From: Chloroflexota bacterium
GTDB taxonomy: Bacteria; Chloroflexota; Dormibacteria; CF-121
Assembly (NCBI GenBank): GCA_005881215.1
Contig: VBDZ01000002.1
Location: 382-64,381 of the forward strand
Length of the DNA: 64,000 nt
Direction: 5' to 3'
The position numbers and the translations under genes are program-made. The notes under the pieces are model-generated. The model ran no database searches. It was given only the letters and a program-made list of their open reading frames with translations, and was not told the DNA's origin. Positions within the stretch are counted from its first letter, which is position 1, and each line of letters begins with the position of its first letter. Of the stretch, positions 55,625 through 63,686 are shown piece after piece.

Positions 55625-56400
55625 TCGATTCGCACGCGCACCTCCTGCACCTGCGCGAGCCGCTCACCCCAATGCAGGCGCTGGAGGACGCCAAAGCCGC
55701 CGGCGTGGACACTGTGATCAACATCGGTGACGACGCCGGCGACAACCAGCCGGGCCTCGACCTGGCCGAACGGATGCCTGGACTGCGGACCACCATCGGA
55801 CGGCACCCGCATTCGGCCGGTGAACCCATCGGCGCCGACGAGCGGCGAGAGCTGCGCCGGTTGGCGAGCCATCGAAGCGTGGTGGCGGTGGGGGAGATCG
55901 GGCTCGATTATCACTTCACCGATTACCATCGGACGCCGGCCAAGACCCAGGCCCAGGTGTTCCGGCAGATGCTGGGCCTGGCCCAGGAAGTCGGCAAGCC
56001 GGTCGTGCTCCACACCCGCGACGCCTTTCCCGATCTGCTCGCCATCCTCGACGAGTTCCCGGGCGTGGAAGGGGTGTTCCACTGCTTCAGCGGCAATTCG
56101 GCGTTCGCCGCCGAAGCGCTCGCACGCGGCTTCTACCTCTCATTTGCCGGCACCGTGACCTATCCCACCGCCCACGGGGTGATCGGGGCGGCCAGCATCA
56201 TCCCGCTGGACCACATGCTGGTCGAAACCGATTCGCCCTTCCTCCCACCGCAGAGCCGGCGTGGTCAGCCCAATGCGCCCCGCTACCTGGTGGAGACGGT
56301 GGAGCGGATCGCGGCCCTGCGCGGCACGACCACCGCGGAGATCGCGCAGCGCACTCGACAGAACACCATCGAACTCTTTCGGTTGAATCACGCCGGCTAG
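55621..56400 (+). CDS. tatD: TatD-family metal-dependent hydrolase/DNase
   Basis: (L)IDSHAHLLHL...GEIGLDYH...VLHTRDA...FHCFSG...ETDSPFL. The family-typical start sits at CTG 55621 (CTGA overlap with the metG stop; GGAG 8 nt upstream). The nearest canonical codon, GTG 55540, would add 27 non-conserved aa inside metG. Confidence 0.9.
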   Translation: MIDSHAHLLHLREPLTPMQALEDAKAAGVDTVINIGDDAGDNQPGLDLAERMPGLRTTIGRHPHSAGEPIGADERRELRRLASHRSVVAVGEIGLDYHFTDYHRTPAKTQAQVFRQMLGLAQEVGKPVVLHTRDAFPDLLAILDEFPGVEGVFHCFSGNSAFAAEALARGFYLSFAGTVTYPTAHGVIGAASIIPLDHMLVETDSPFLPPQSRRGQPNAPRYLVETVERIAALRGTTTAEIAQRTRQNTIELFRLNHAG

Positions 56401-56410
56401 CAAGCGACCG

Positions 56411-57244
56411 CTGGACATCGCCGACCCGGCCATCATTCGCGGCGTGGCCCGCCGCTTCGGGATCCGGTTTCAGCGCCGCTGGGGCCAGAATTTTCTCGCC
56501 GACCGACGGCAGCTCGAACGGATCGTCGACGCGTTGGAGCTGACTGCCGCCGACCACATCGTCGAGGTCGGCCCGGGGCTGGGCGCGTTGACCGGCGAGC
56601 TGGCGCGCCGGGTCCGCGCCGTGGTCGGGGTCGAGATCGACCCCGCCTGCGTGAAGGCGCTCGGGCTCACCATGCGGGATCACTCCAACGTCCGGATCGT
56701 GGAGGCCAACATCCTGCGCACCACGGTGGCCGACCTGCTGCCCGCGCCGTATCGGGTCGCCGGGAACATTCCCTACAACCTGACCGGCGCGCTGCTCGCC
56801 CAGCTTCTCGAGCAGCCCAGACCCCCCTCCCGCATCGACCTGCTCGTCCAGCAGGAAGTCGCCGAGCGGATCGTGGCGCCGCCGGGTGCCTGGAGTCTCG
56901 CCACGCTGAGTGTTCGAGTGTTCGGCCACCCCGAGCTCGTCCTCCGGGTGCCGCGCTCGGCGTTCCTCCCGCCGCCACGGGTCGACTCCGCCCTGGTCCG
57001 CATCGTTCCCGACGAGGAGCCCGCGCTACCCCGGGTGATCTTGCCATCCTTCTTCGATTTCGTCACACCCTTCTTCCAGGCCCGTCGCAAACAACTGCCC
57101 TTCGTCCTCAGCCGGACCCGTGGTGTCAGCGGGGCGGAGGCTCGCGCCCGCCTCGCCGTTATAGGCATCGACCCGGCGCGACGGGCCGAGACCCTGACGC
57201 TTGAGGAATGGAGGCGACTCTACGAGAGTGAGCATGGACCGTGA
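56411..57244 (+). CDS. rsmA: 16S rRNA (adenine1518/1519-N6)-dimethyltransferase
   Basis: In-frame (L)DIADPAIIRGVARRFGIRFQRRWGQNFL aligns by eye with B. subtilis KsgA [31 protein letters not shown]. The first canonical start (GTG 56444) removes half of it. CTG 56411 is proposed. SAM motif VEVGPGLGALT. Confidence 0.9.
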   Translation: MDIADPAIIRGVARRFGIRFQRRWGQNFLADRRQLERIVDALELTAADHIVEVGPGLGALTGELARRVRAVVGVEIDPACVKALGLTMRDHSNVRIVEANILRTTVADLLPAPYRVAGNIPYNLTGALLAQLLEQPRPPSRIDLLVQQEVAERIVAPPGAWSLATLSVRVFGHPELVLRVPRSAFLPPPRVDSALVRIVPDEEPALPRVILPSFFDFVTPFFQARRKQLPFVLSRTRGVSGAEARARLAVIGIDPARRAETLTLEEWRRLYESEHGP

Positions 57245-58623
57245 CAACTAGCTACGATTTAGGCGCCTTGAAGGAACCAGGGGAAGAAATCGGCGCGGGG
57301 CGTGACCCCCGCGACATCATCCTTCCCCGGCCGCCGGGCTTTCGCACCGTCCTCGCGAACCGGGATTTCCGGCTGATCTGGTCGGCCCAGATCGCCTCGC
57401 AGCTGGCGGACAAATTCCTGATGTTCGCGCTGTTGATCCTCACCTACAGCATCAGCCGGGCGAGCACGCATGGGGCCGCCCTCTTCCTCGCCTATACGTT
57501 TCCCTCGATCTTCTTGAGCCCGCTGGCCGGCGTCTACGCCGACCGGCACGACAAGAAGCGATTGATGTTCTTCACCAACGCGATCCGCGGCGGCTTGATC
57601 CTGTTGATCCCGCTCAGCCAGGTCACCCCCTACTTCGAGCACGTCACCTGGCATTTCTTCGTCATCATCTTTCTGTTTGCGGCGGTGGGGCAGATCTTCG
57701 CCCCGGCGGAGGCGGCCTCGATCCCGTTCATTGTCGGCGCCGAGGAGCTGATGACGGCCACCTCGATGTTCACCAGCACGGTGATCGTCACCCTGCTGGT
57801 CGCGGTGCCGGTCTCGACGCTGGCGGTCCGCTTTCTGGGCGAGAATTCGCCCTACTGGATCGCCGCCGGGCTATTCCTGCTGGCGGCCTGGCTGATCTAC
57901 CTGGTGAAGAGTGACCTGCATGCGCGCACCCACGAGTTCAACACCAGGCAGAACGACATCCTCTATGAGCTGCGCGAGGGGATCAGCTATATCGCCCGCC
58001 GGCCGCTGGTGCGCTTCGCGGTGATCCAGCTCAGCCTGACCATCGCGGTCATCTTCTCGGTATTCGTGCTGGCCCCGGGCTACATGAGCACCGTGCTCCG
58101 GCTACAGGTCACCGACGTCTACCTCTTCCTGGCGCCCGCGGTGATTGGCATGCTGGGCGCCGCGTTCTATCTCGGTCAGTACGGACGCCATTACCGCCGC
58201 AGTCGCTTGCTGATCGGCGGTCTGCTGTCGGCCGGTGCCACGTTGATGTTGATCGCGGTTGTCCCGTATCTGCTGCAGCAGCTGTCGGCAACCTGGCTGC
58301 TCGTCTGGTTCCCGGTCGTGTTCGGCTTCATCGGCGGCGTCGAATTCGGCATGCTCTTCATTCCGGCTTTCACGGTGCTGCAGGAAAAGACCGAGGCCGA
58401 GCTTCGCGGCCGCATCTTTGGGGCGATGTTCACGGTCGTCAATGCCGCCGTCGCCATCCCCATCCTGCTGGCCGGTGGGCTGGCCGACCTGTTTGGAGTG
58501 ACCCGGGTCATCTTCGGCATGGGCACCCTGCTGGTGGCCAGCGGCGCGATCTCAGCCCTTGCCGGCCGTCGAAGCCCGCTGGTGCCCCCGAGCCTCTCGA
58601 CGAACGGGAAAGCGCGGGTATAA
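57241..58623 (+). CDS. MFS transporter
   Basis: About 12 hydrophobic segments. FRLIWSAQIASQLADKF and the GVYADRHDKKR loop motif are typical of the MFS_1/enterobactin-exporter-like family. GTGA overlap with rsmA. Confidence 0.85.
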   Translation: MTTSYDLGALKEPGEEIGAGRDPRDIILPRPPGFRTVLANRDFRLIWSAQIASQLADKFLMFALLILTYSISRASTHGAALFLAYTFPSIFLSPLAGVYADRHDKKRLMFFTNAIRGGLILLIPLSQVTPYFEHVTWHFFVIIFLFAAVGQIFAPAEAASIPFIVGAEELMTATSMFTSTVIVTLLVAVPVSTLAVRFLGENSPYWIAAGLFLLAAWLIYLVKSDLHARTHEFNTRQNDILYELREGISYIARRPLVRFAVIQLSLTIAVIFSVFVLAPGYMSTVLRLQVTDVYLFLAPAVIGMLGAAFYLGQYGRHYRRSRLLIGGLLSAGATLMLIAVVPYLLQQLSATWLLVWFPVVFGFIGGVEFGMLFIPAFTVLQEKTEAELRGRIFGAMFTVVNAAVAIPILLAGGLADLFGVTRVIFGMGTLLVASGAISALAGRRSPLVPPSLSTNGKARV

Positions 58624-58651
58624 TCGCGGGCGAACGTCGGGCGCATAGCTC
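58619..58651 (+). repeat. 33-nt imperfect copy (28/33) of the tRNA-Val promoter -10 plus the first 13 nt of the tRNA
   Basis: tataatcgcgggcgaacgtcgggcgcatagctc compared with tataatcgcgtgcgtcgatcgggcgcatagctc at 58725-58757. It overlaps the MFS stop codon. Confidence 0.85.
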
Positions 58652-58701
58652 GGCGGGCCTGCCGGCCCACGCGAGCCGCGCGGAACGTGCGATGCGAGCG
58701 T

Positions 58702-58730
58702 TTGAGGCGTTTTCTAGGCCACGATATAAT
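58702..58730 (+). promoter_or_regulatory. putative tRNA-Val promoter (TTGAGG-17-TATAAT)
   Basis: TTGAGG at 58702-58707, TATAAT at 58725-58730. The mature tRNA 5' end is at 58745. Confidence 0.5.
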
Positions 58731-58744
58731 CGCGTGCGTCGATC

Positions 58745-58821
58745 GGGCGCATAGCTCAGTTGGTACGAGCGCTTCCATGACAAGGAAGAGGTCACAGGTT
58801 CGACTCCTGTTGCGCCCACCA
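58745..58821 (+). tRNA. tRNA-Val (anticodon GAC), CCA encoded
   Basis: Cloverleaf read by eye: acceptor GGGCGCA/TGCGCCC, D arm GCTC-AGTTGGTA-GAGC, anticodon stem CTTCC/GGAAG with loop AT-GAC-AA, T arm ACAGG-TTCGACT-CCTGT, then ACCA. Confidence 0.9.
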
Positions 58822-58843
58822 GCCACCCAATAGGCTTGGACCG

Positions 58844-59572
58844 GTGGAAGTTGGCGGTTCGGTCGCACTGGTCACCGGGGCGGCCTCTGGCATTGGCGAG
58901 GGAATCGCTCAACGCCTTGCCATTGAGGGCGCCTCGATTGTCGTCGCCGACATCGATGAAACGCTGGGCACGCAACTCGCGGCACGCCTTCCGAGCGCGG
59001 TGTTTGCCGGCTGCGACGTTACCGATGACTCGCAGCTGCAAGCAGCGGTCAATCTAGCGCGAACCCGTTTCGGGCGGTTGGACATCCTGGTCAACAACGC
59101 CGGTGGGGCACCAGATCCGCAGTATCCTGAAGCTCCTCTCGAGCACTGGTCGTGGGTGGTCGATTTCAACCTGCGCTCGGTGATCCGGGCAGTGCAGCTG
59201 GCCCTTCCGCTCTTGTCTGCGCGGGGCGGCGCGGTGGTCAATATCGCATCGATCGCCGGCATCGGCCAGGAGCCTCATTCTGCTCCTGCCTATGCGGTGG
59301 CGAAGGCCGGCGTTGTGCGCTTCACGTCGAGCGTGGCATTTCTTGCAGAACGGAATAGGGTGCGGGTCAATGCCATCTGTCCCGACTGGGTGGACACGCC
59401 GTCCAGCCGGCGGAACCGCGAGGCAATGACCAAAGCGGAGCTCGCCCGTCTCCCACCGATCCTGAGTCCGGGCGAAGTCGCGGCGGTGGCCCTGACGCTC
59501 ATCCAGGATGAGAGCGCAGTCGCCCGCACCATCGTCATGCGAGGCGGTAAGCAACCATGGAACCTGGCCTGA
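58844..59572 (+). CDS. short-chain dehydrogenase/reductase (SDR) family oxidoreductase
   Basis: ALVTGAASGIGEG (TGxxxGxG), NNAG, and the SIAG...YAVAKAG (YxxxK) catalytic motif. Confidence 0.88.
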   Translation: MEVGGSVALVTGAASGIGEGIAQRLAIEGASIVVADIDETLGTQLAARLPSAVFAGCDVTDDSQLQAAVNLARTRFGRLDILVNNAGGAPDPQYPEAPLEHWSWVVDFNLRSVIRAVQLALPLLSARGGAVVNIASIAGIGQEPHSAPAYAVAKAGVVRFTSSVAFLAERNRVRVNAICPDWVDTPSSRRNREAMTKAELARLPPILSPGEVAAVALTLIQDESAVARTIVMRGGKQPWNLA

Positions 59573-59683
59573 CGTTGTAAACCTGATGGCCACTAGGATC
59601 CGGCGCTGGCTCGCCCAACTGCTCGACTACGTGCTGATGCACGGTATCTGGAATTAAGCGGCCGTAACCGCTACCGTCTAGGG

Positions 59684-60634
59684 ATGGCGGTCGAAACCGG
59701 CGTGCTGTCCCTCGCGCAGATCCAGGCGGCGGCCATGCGGATTCAGCCGCATATCCTGGCCACACCGATCATCTCGGGCGACGCGCTCGCTGGCAACGGG
59801 GCCTGGCTGAAACCCGAGAACCTGCAACGCACCGGCTCGTTCAAGATTCGCGGCGCGACCAACGCCGTTCTCCAGCTCGATCCGGAACAGCGCCGGCGGG
59901 GCGTGATCACGCTCTCGGCGGGCAATCACGGGCAGGCGCTGGCTTCCGCCGCCCGGGCCGCCGGGATCCCTTGCGTGGTCGTCGTTCGGGACGACGCCCA
60001 GCTCAACAAGCTTCAGGCGATTCGCCGGTATGGAGCCGAGGTTGTGCTGGTGCCGATCGCGCAATGGCAGCAACGTCTCGAAGAGGAGCAACAGCGCCGC
60101 AACCTTCATCTCGTGCATCCGTTCGATGACCCGGCCGTAGCAGCCGGCCAGGGAACGGTGGGGCTCGAGATTCTCGACGCGGTCCCGAATTTGCGGACCG
60201 TCCTCGTTCCGGTCGGCGGCGGTGGCTTGATCTCCGGCATCGCCGTCGCCGTGAAACAGCAGCGGCCCGACATCCGCGTGATCGGCGTCGAGCCCGAGAA
60301 GGCGCCCGCCGTAACCGAAAGCCTGGCCGCGGGCCACCCGGTGCCACCGTCGAGGCTCGATACCGTCGCCGACGGCCTGGCGGCTCCCTACACCCGGCCA
60401 TTCACCCTGGCCGTCATTCAGCGCTATGTCGACGAGATGCGAACCGTGGCCGATGAAGCCATCATCGACGCGCTCAGGATCATCGCGCTCCGCGCCAAGC
60501 TGGTGGTGGAACCGGCGGGCGCCGCGGCGGTGGCGTCGTTGCTGTCCGACCTCAACATCGAGCGTCCGGTGGTCGCGATTCTGTCCGGCGGCAACATCGA
60601 CGGCCAGCGGCTCTCGACCTGGCTCGCCGGCTAA
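59684..60634 (+). CDS. PLP-dependent threonine/serine dehydratase-like enzyme (fold type II, no ACT regulatory domain)
   Basis: ENLQRTGSFKIRGA (PLP-lysine motif), SAGNHGQA, and VPVGGGGLISG. Confidence 0.88.
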   Translation: MAVETGVLSLAQIQAAAMRIQPHILATPIISGDALAGNGAWLKPENLQRTGSFKIRGATNAVLQLDPEQRRRGVITLSAGNHGQALASAARAAGIPCVVVVRDDAQLNKLQAIRRYGAEVVLVPIAQWQQRLEEEQQRRNLHLVHPFDDPAVAAGQGTVGLEILDAVPNLRTVLVPVGGGGLISGIAVAVKQQRPDIRVIGVEPEKAPAVTESLAAGHPVPPSRLDTVADGLAAPYTRPFTLAVIQRYVDEMRTVADEAIIDALRIIALRAKLVVEPAGAAAVASLLSDLNIERPVVAILSGGNIDGQRLSTWLAG

Positions 60635-60640
60635 AAGAAA

Positions 60641-60664
60641 ATCCCCGGGTGGCGTCCCGGGGAT
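60641..60664. terminator. 9-bp GC hairpin after the dehydratase gene; the A/T tract is on the upstream (plus-strand) side only
   Basis: ATCCCCGGG-tggcgt-CCCGGGGAT, preceded by AAAAGAAA and followed by TGAGCG. The U-tract would follow the hairpin only on the minus strand. Confidence 0.5.
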
Positions 60665-60747
60665 TGAGCGAAGGGCGATTCCACTGACTTAACGCAAGCC
60701 GTGCGTTTCACTTACGGCTATGGTGCATGCCATAATTTCGCTCGACC

Positions 60748-61185
60748 ATGGCTAGTGTCCCCGACGGCCACGCCACCGACGCCGCGGTGCTGATCTTCGA
60801 GAACGACCCGCGCCAGGCGATCACCTATCGCGAGCTGTTCACCGACGCCGGCTACGCCGCCCAAACGGCCCTCCCGAGCGAGGACGTCCAGCAGCTCGGT
60901 CAGACCCTGCGCCCCGCGGCGGTTCTCTTCGACATGGCCATCTGGGAAGCTGATACCGCGTACGTTTACGGGATCCTCAACAGTGCGCTCGGCTTCGAAC
61001 GCCCCGTAATCCTCGCCCTCTGTACGCTGCCCCATCAGGTCCGGCGGGCGAAGCGCTTCGGCGCCGACAGCATCTGGATCCGTGGCGTCGATGACGCGGC
61101 AGCGCTTCCACAGCTGATCGCGGACCTGCTCGAGCAGCGCCGCGAGGGAAAGCTGAAACCCAAGACGCCGGCGACGCCGCTCTAG
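60748..61185 (+). CDS. stand-alone receiver-like (REC) domain protein with an atypical active site
   Basis: VLIFENDP / AAVLFDMAIW / PVILALCT / GADSIWIRG follow the CheY-like beta-alpha pattern. The acidic pair and the conserved Lys are substituted. G/C-rich third positions support this frame over antisense ORF 60718..61035. Confidence 0.5.
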   Translation: MASVPDGHATDAAVLIFENDPRQAITYRELFTDAGYAAQTALPSEDVQQLGQTLRPAAVLFDMAIWEADTAYVYGILNSALGFERPVILALCTLPHQVRRAKRFGADSIWIRGVDDAAALPQLIADLLEQRREGKLKPKTPATPL

Positions 61186-61333
61186 CTCGCCGCTCCCTCG
61201 CGAGGACGTCCATCATCTTTACAACGCCTCATCGATCATTGACATCAACTGACCGTGGCTCATCCGCCAGCCCATCGTTTTCCCCAGCCGCCGCGGTCAT
61301 CGGTGCATTGGTGTGGATAATCACACCCGATGC

Positions 61334-61362
61334 TTGACACCCTAGGCGCGGCGAGCATAATT
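61334..61362 (+). promoter_or_regulatory. near-consensus sigma70-type promoter (TTGACA-16/17-CATAAT/ATAATT)
   Basis: TTGACA at 61334-61339, CATAAT at 61356-61361. Preceded by the inverted repeat GGTGTG-gataat-CACACC (61309-61326). Confidence 0.55.
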
Positions 61363-61433
61363 CAATAACGCGTCAGGGGAGACGGTCTCGGCAGGGACCG
61401 CAAGAAAGGCAAGAGGGAACTCGGAGGAAACGT

Positions 61434-61730
61434 TTGGAGATCGCTCACGGTTTGAAGCAAGCCGCCCCGCTCAAGGTCTGCGCTCGTCCCGGATGTGACG
61501 CCTCCGTCAAGAAGACAACCGCCAGGTACTGCAGCATCCGCTGCTGTGCCATCGACCCCAACCGGCAGGAACGGCTTCGACGCCAGGCCCGCCGGGCGCC
61601 GATCGTTCCCCTGGCGCACCAACTCTCGATCATCTTCCAGGTCCATCCCGACATCGAGGCGTCGCTCGACGACCGAACCTTCGGCCGGGACGACATCCCG
61701 GCCGGTCTGCAGCGTCTTCGCGCCGTTTAG
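61434..61730 (+). CDS. hypothetical small protein with an FCS/TRASH-like Cys motif (C-x4-C-x11-C-x3-C)
   Basis: VCARPGCDASVKKTTARYCSIRCC. GGAGG SD 6 nt upstream of TTG 61434. A strong promoter lies ~75 nt upstream. Confidence 0.55.
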   Translation: MEIAHGLKQAAPLKVCARPGCDASVKKTTARYCSIRCCAIDPNRQERLRRQARRAPIVPLAHQLSIIFQVHPDIEASLDDRTFGRDDIPAGLQRLRAV

Positions 61731-61781
61731 GCGCTCTCGATACCCTCCGTATAATCGGCTGACCCTTTTTGGGGTGCAGCC

Positions 61782-63515
61782 ATGAGCGAAGTTCTAGAAG
61801 TCCTCCGTCACTCGACCGCGCACGTGATGGCGGCGGCAGTCCTCGACCTCTTTCCGGGCACGGTGATCGGTATCGGACCCGCGACGGATGAGGGCTTCTA
61901 CTACGACTTCGGCTTCAAAGAGCGGCTCCAGCCCGAGGACCTGCCGAAGATCGAGGCGCGCATGCGCGAGATCGTCAAGGCCGCGCCGGCCTTCGTGAAG
62001 GAGGAGGTCCCCCGGGCGGAGGCGGTGGCCCTCTTCGAGCGGCTGCACCAGCCGCTCAAGGTGGAATTGATCAGTGACAAGGTCACGGACGCGACCGCCC
62101 GCCTCTATCGAACCGGCGACTTCGTCGACCTCTGTCTGGGCCCTCATGTCGCGACTGCCGGTCAGCTGGGCGCCTTCCGCCTGCTCTCGATTGCCGGCGC
62201 CTACTGGAAGGGCAGCGAGAAGAACCAGCAGCTGACCCGCATCTACGGGACGGCGTTCCCGACGGAGCAAGAGCTCGAGGCGCACCTCAAGATGCTGGAG
62301 GAGGCGGCCAAACGTGATCATCGCAAGCTCGGCAGAGAGCTGGATCTTTTCCTGATCGACGAAATGGTTGGCCGGGGGCTGCCCCTCCTGACGCCGAAAG
62401 GGGCGACCGTTCGCCGCCAGATGGAGGAGTTCATCCTCCGACTCGAGCGCGGCCAGGGGTACGAGCACGTGAAGACTCCGGACATCGCCCGTCTGGAGCT
62501 GTACAAGGTCAGTGGCCACTGGGAGCGGTACCGGGACTCGATGTATGCGCCATCCGAGATGGAGGACGAGGAGTGGCAGCTGCGGCCGATGAACTGCCCG
62601 CACCACATCCGGGTCTTCCAGCGCAAGGCCTACAGTTTCCGCGAGCTGCCGGTTCGCATCGCCGAGCTCGGCACCGTGTATCGCTACGAGAAGTCGGGCG
62701 AGGTCTCGGGGTTGATCCGGGTGCGGGCCTTCACCATCAACGACGCCCACATCTTCTGCCGGCCTGATCAACTGAACGTGGAGTTCGAGCGCGTCATCCA
62801 GCTCATCCTGCAGGTGTACCGCGCCTTCGGTATCACGGACTTTCACTTCCGCCTGTCGCTGCGCGATGACGTCAGCAACAAGTGGATGGGTGACCCGGCG
62901 ATCTGGCAGCGTGCCCAGGATGCCGCCCGCGAAGCGCTCCGCGCCTCCGGGCATCCGTTTGTTGAGGCGCCGGGCGAGGCCGCCTTCTATGGGCCGAAGC
63001 TTGATGTGCAGATCAAGGATGCCATCGGTCGCGAGTTCAGCCTCTCGACCAACCAGATCGACTTCCTGTTGCCCGAGCGCTTCGGCCTCGAGTACGTGAC
63101 CTCGGACCAGCGGATGGAGCGGCCAGTGATGCTGCACCGCGCCCCGATCGGCTCCATGGAGCGGTTCATGGCCTACCTGATCGAGCATTACGGCGGTGCC
63201 TTCCCGGTCTGGCTGGCTCCGGTTCAGCTGGTCTTCATTCCGATCGCCGACCGCCACCTGGAGGCCGTCTCCGCCCTTGCCGAGCGGTTCCGACAGCGCG
63301 ACCTCCGGGTCGACGTCGACGCGCGGAGCGAGCGGATGCAGGCGAAGATCCGCGGGGCCCAGCTCCAGAAGGTCCCCTACATGGCGGTGGTCGGCGACAA
63401 GGAGCTCGAGGCCGGCACGCTCAATATCCGGCGGCGCGAGGGAGGGGATCAGGTCGCGGTGGGCGTCGACGAGTTTCTGCGCCAGCTCGAGGAAGAGTCG
63501 CGATTACCACTGTAG
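61782..63515 (+). CDS. thrS: threonyl-tRNA synthetase lacking the N-terminal TGS domain
   Basis: Starts directly in the editing/SAD domain (LRHSTAHVMAAAV). Class II motifs (RPMNCPHH, FRLSLR, LHRAPIGS), then the anticodon-binding domain. Confidence 0.95.
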   Translation: MSEVLEVLRHSTAHVMAAAVLDLFPGTVIGIGPATDEGFYYDFGFKERLQPEDLPKIEARMREIVKAAPAFVKEEVPRAEAVALFERLHQPLKVELISDKVTDATARLYRTGDFVDLCLGPHVATAGQLGAFRLLSIAGAYWKGSEKNQQLTRIYGTAFPTEQELEAHLKMLEEAAKRDHRKLGRELDLFLIDEMVGRGLPLLTPKGATVRRQMEEFILRLERGQGYEHVKTPDIARLELYKVSGHWERYRDSMYAPSEMEDEEWQLRPMNCPHHIRVFQRKAYSFRELPVRIAELGTVYRYEKSGEVSGLIRVRAFTINDAHIFCRPDQLNVEFERVIQLILQVYRAFGITDFHFRLSLRDDVSNKWMGDPAIWQRAQDAAREALRASGHPFVEAPGEAAFYGPKLDVQIKDAIGREFSLSTNQIDFLLPERFGLEYVTSDQRMERPVMLHRAPIGSMERFMAYLIEHYGGAFPVWLAPVQLVFIPIADRHLEAVSALAERFRQRDLRVDVDARSERMQAKIRGAQLQKVPYMAVVGDKELEAGTLNIRRREGGDQVAVGVDEFLRQLEEESRLPL

Positions 63516-63521
63516 GGCCGG

Positions 63522-63549
63522 TTTGTGGCTGTCGGTAGCGTGGTATACT
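63522..63549 (+). promoter_or_regulatory. putative promoter of the infC leader (extended -10 TGGTATACT)
   Basis: TATACT at 63544-63549 preceded by TGG. A weak -35 (TTTGTG). Located just after the thrS stop. Confidence 0.4.
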
Positions 63550-63617
63550 CCCGCGTGCCAAGAGAGGCTGTCCCAGACTCTCACCTCCAGGCCGGCGCCG
63601 AAGAGGTCACCGGGACG

Positions 63618-63649
63618 AAGATAGCCTCGAGGCTATCTTTTTTGTTTTC
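63618..63649 (+). terminator. rho-independent terminator/attenuator immediately upstream of the infC ribosome-binding site
   Basis: AAGATAGCC-tcga-GGCTATCTT (9-bp stem) followed by TTTTGTTTTC. AAGGAGG follows at 63651-63657. The arrangement resembles the L20-responsive infC-rpmI-rplT leader of Firmicutes. Confidence 0.8.
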
Positions 63650-63686
63650 GAAGGAGGCTTGATCCACGGCATTTAGGGAACTTCGG

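Noticed and set aside
54451-56400. 649-aa ORF taken as a large TatD-fusion protein
   Set aside because: The first ~390 aa are an out-of-frame reading of metG (Arg/Gly/Pro-rich). TatD homology starts only at (L)IDSHAHL, at 55621.
59585-59656. 23-codon ORF (MATRIRRWLAQLLDYVLMHGIWN) between the SDR and dehydratase genes
   Set aside because: It has no SD or promoter-like element and is too short to evaluate by composition. It is probably chance.
60718-61035. 105-aa minus-strand ORF that could have explained the minus-oriented terminator at 60641-60664
   Set aside because: Third-position G/C bias and the CheY-like alternating pattern favour the plus-strand REC-like ORF 60748..61185. The minus ORF has no motif support.
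58619-61730. tRNA-Val-adjacent accessory genes considered as an integrated mobile element or genomic island
   Set aside because: No integrase, transposase or phage gene is present. No direct repeat of the tRNA 3' end was found downstream. The duplicated segment is the tRNA 5' end with its promoter, which is not the usual att-site geometry.
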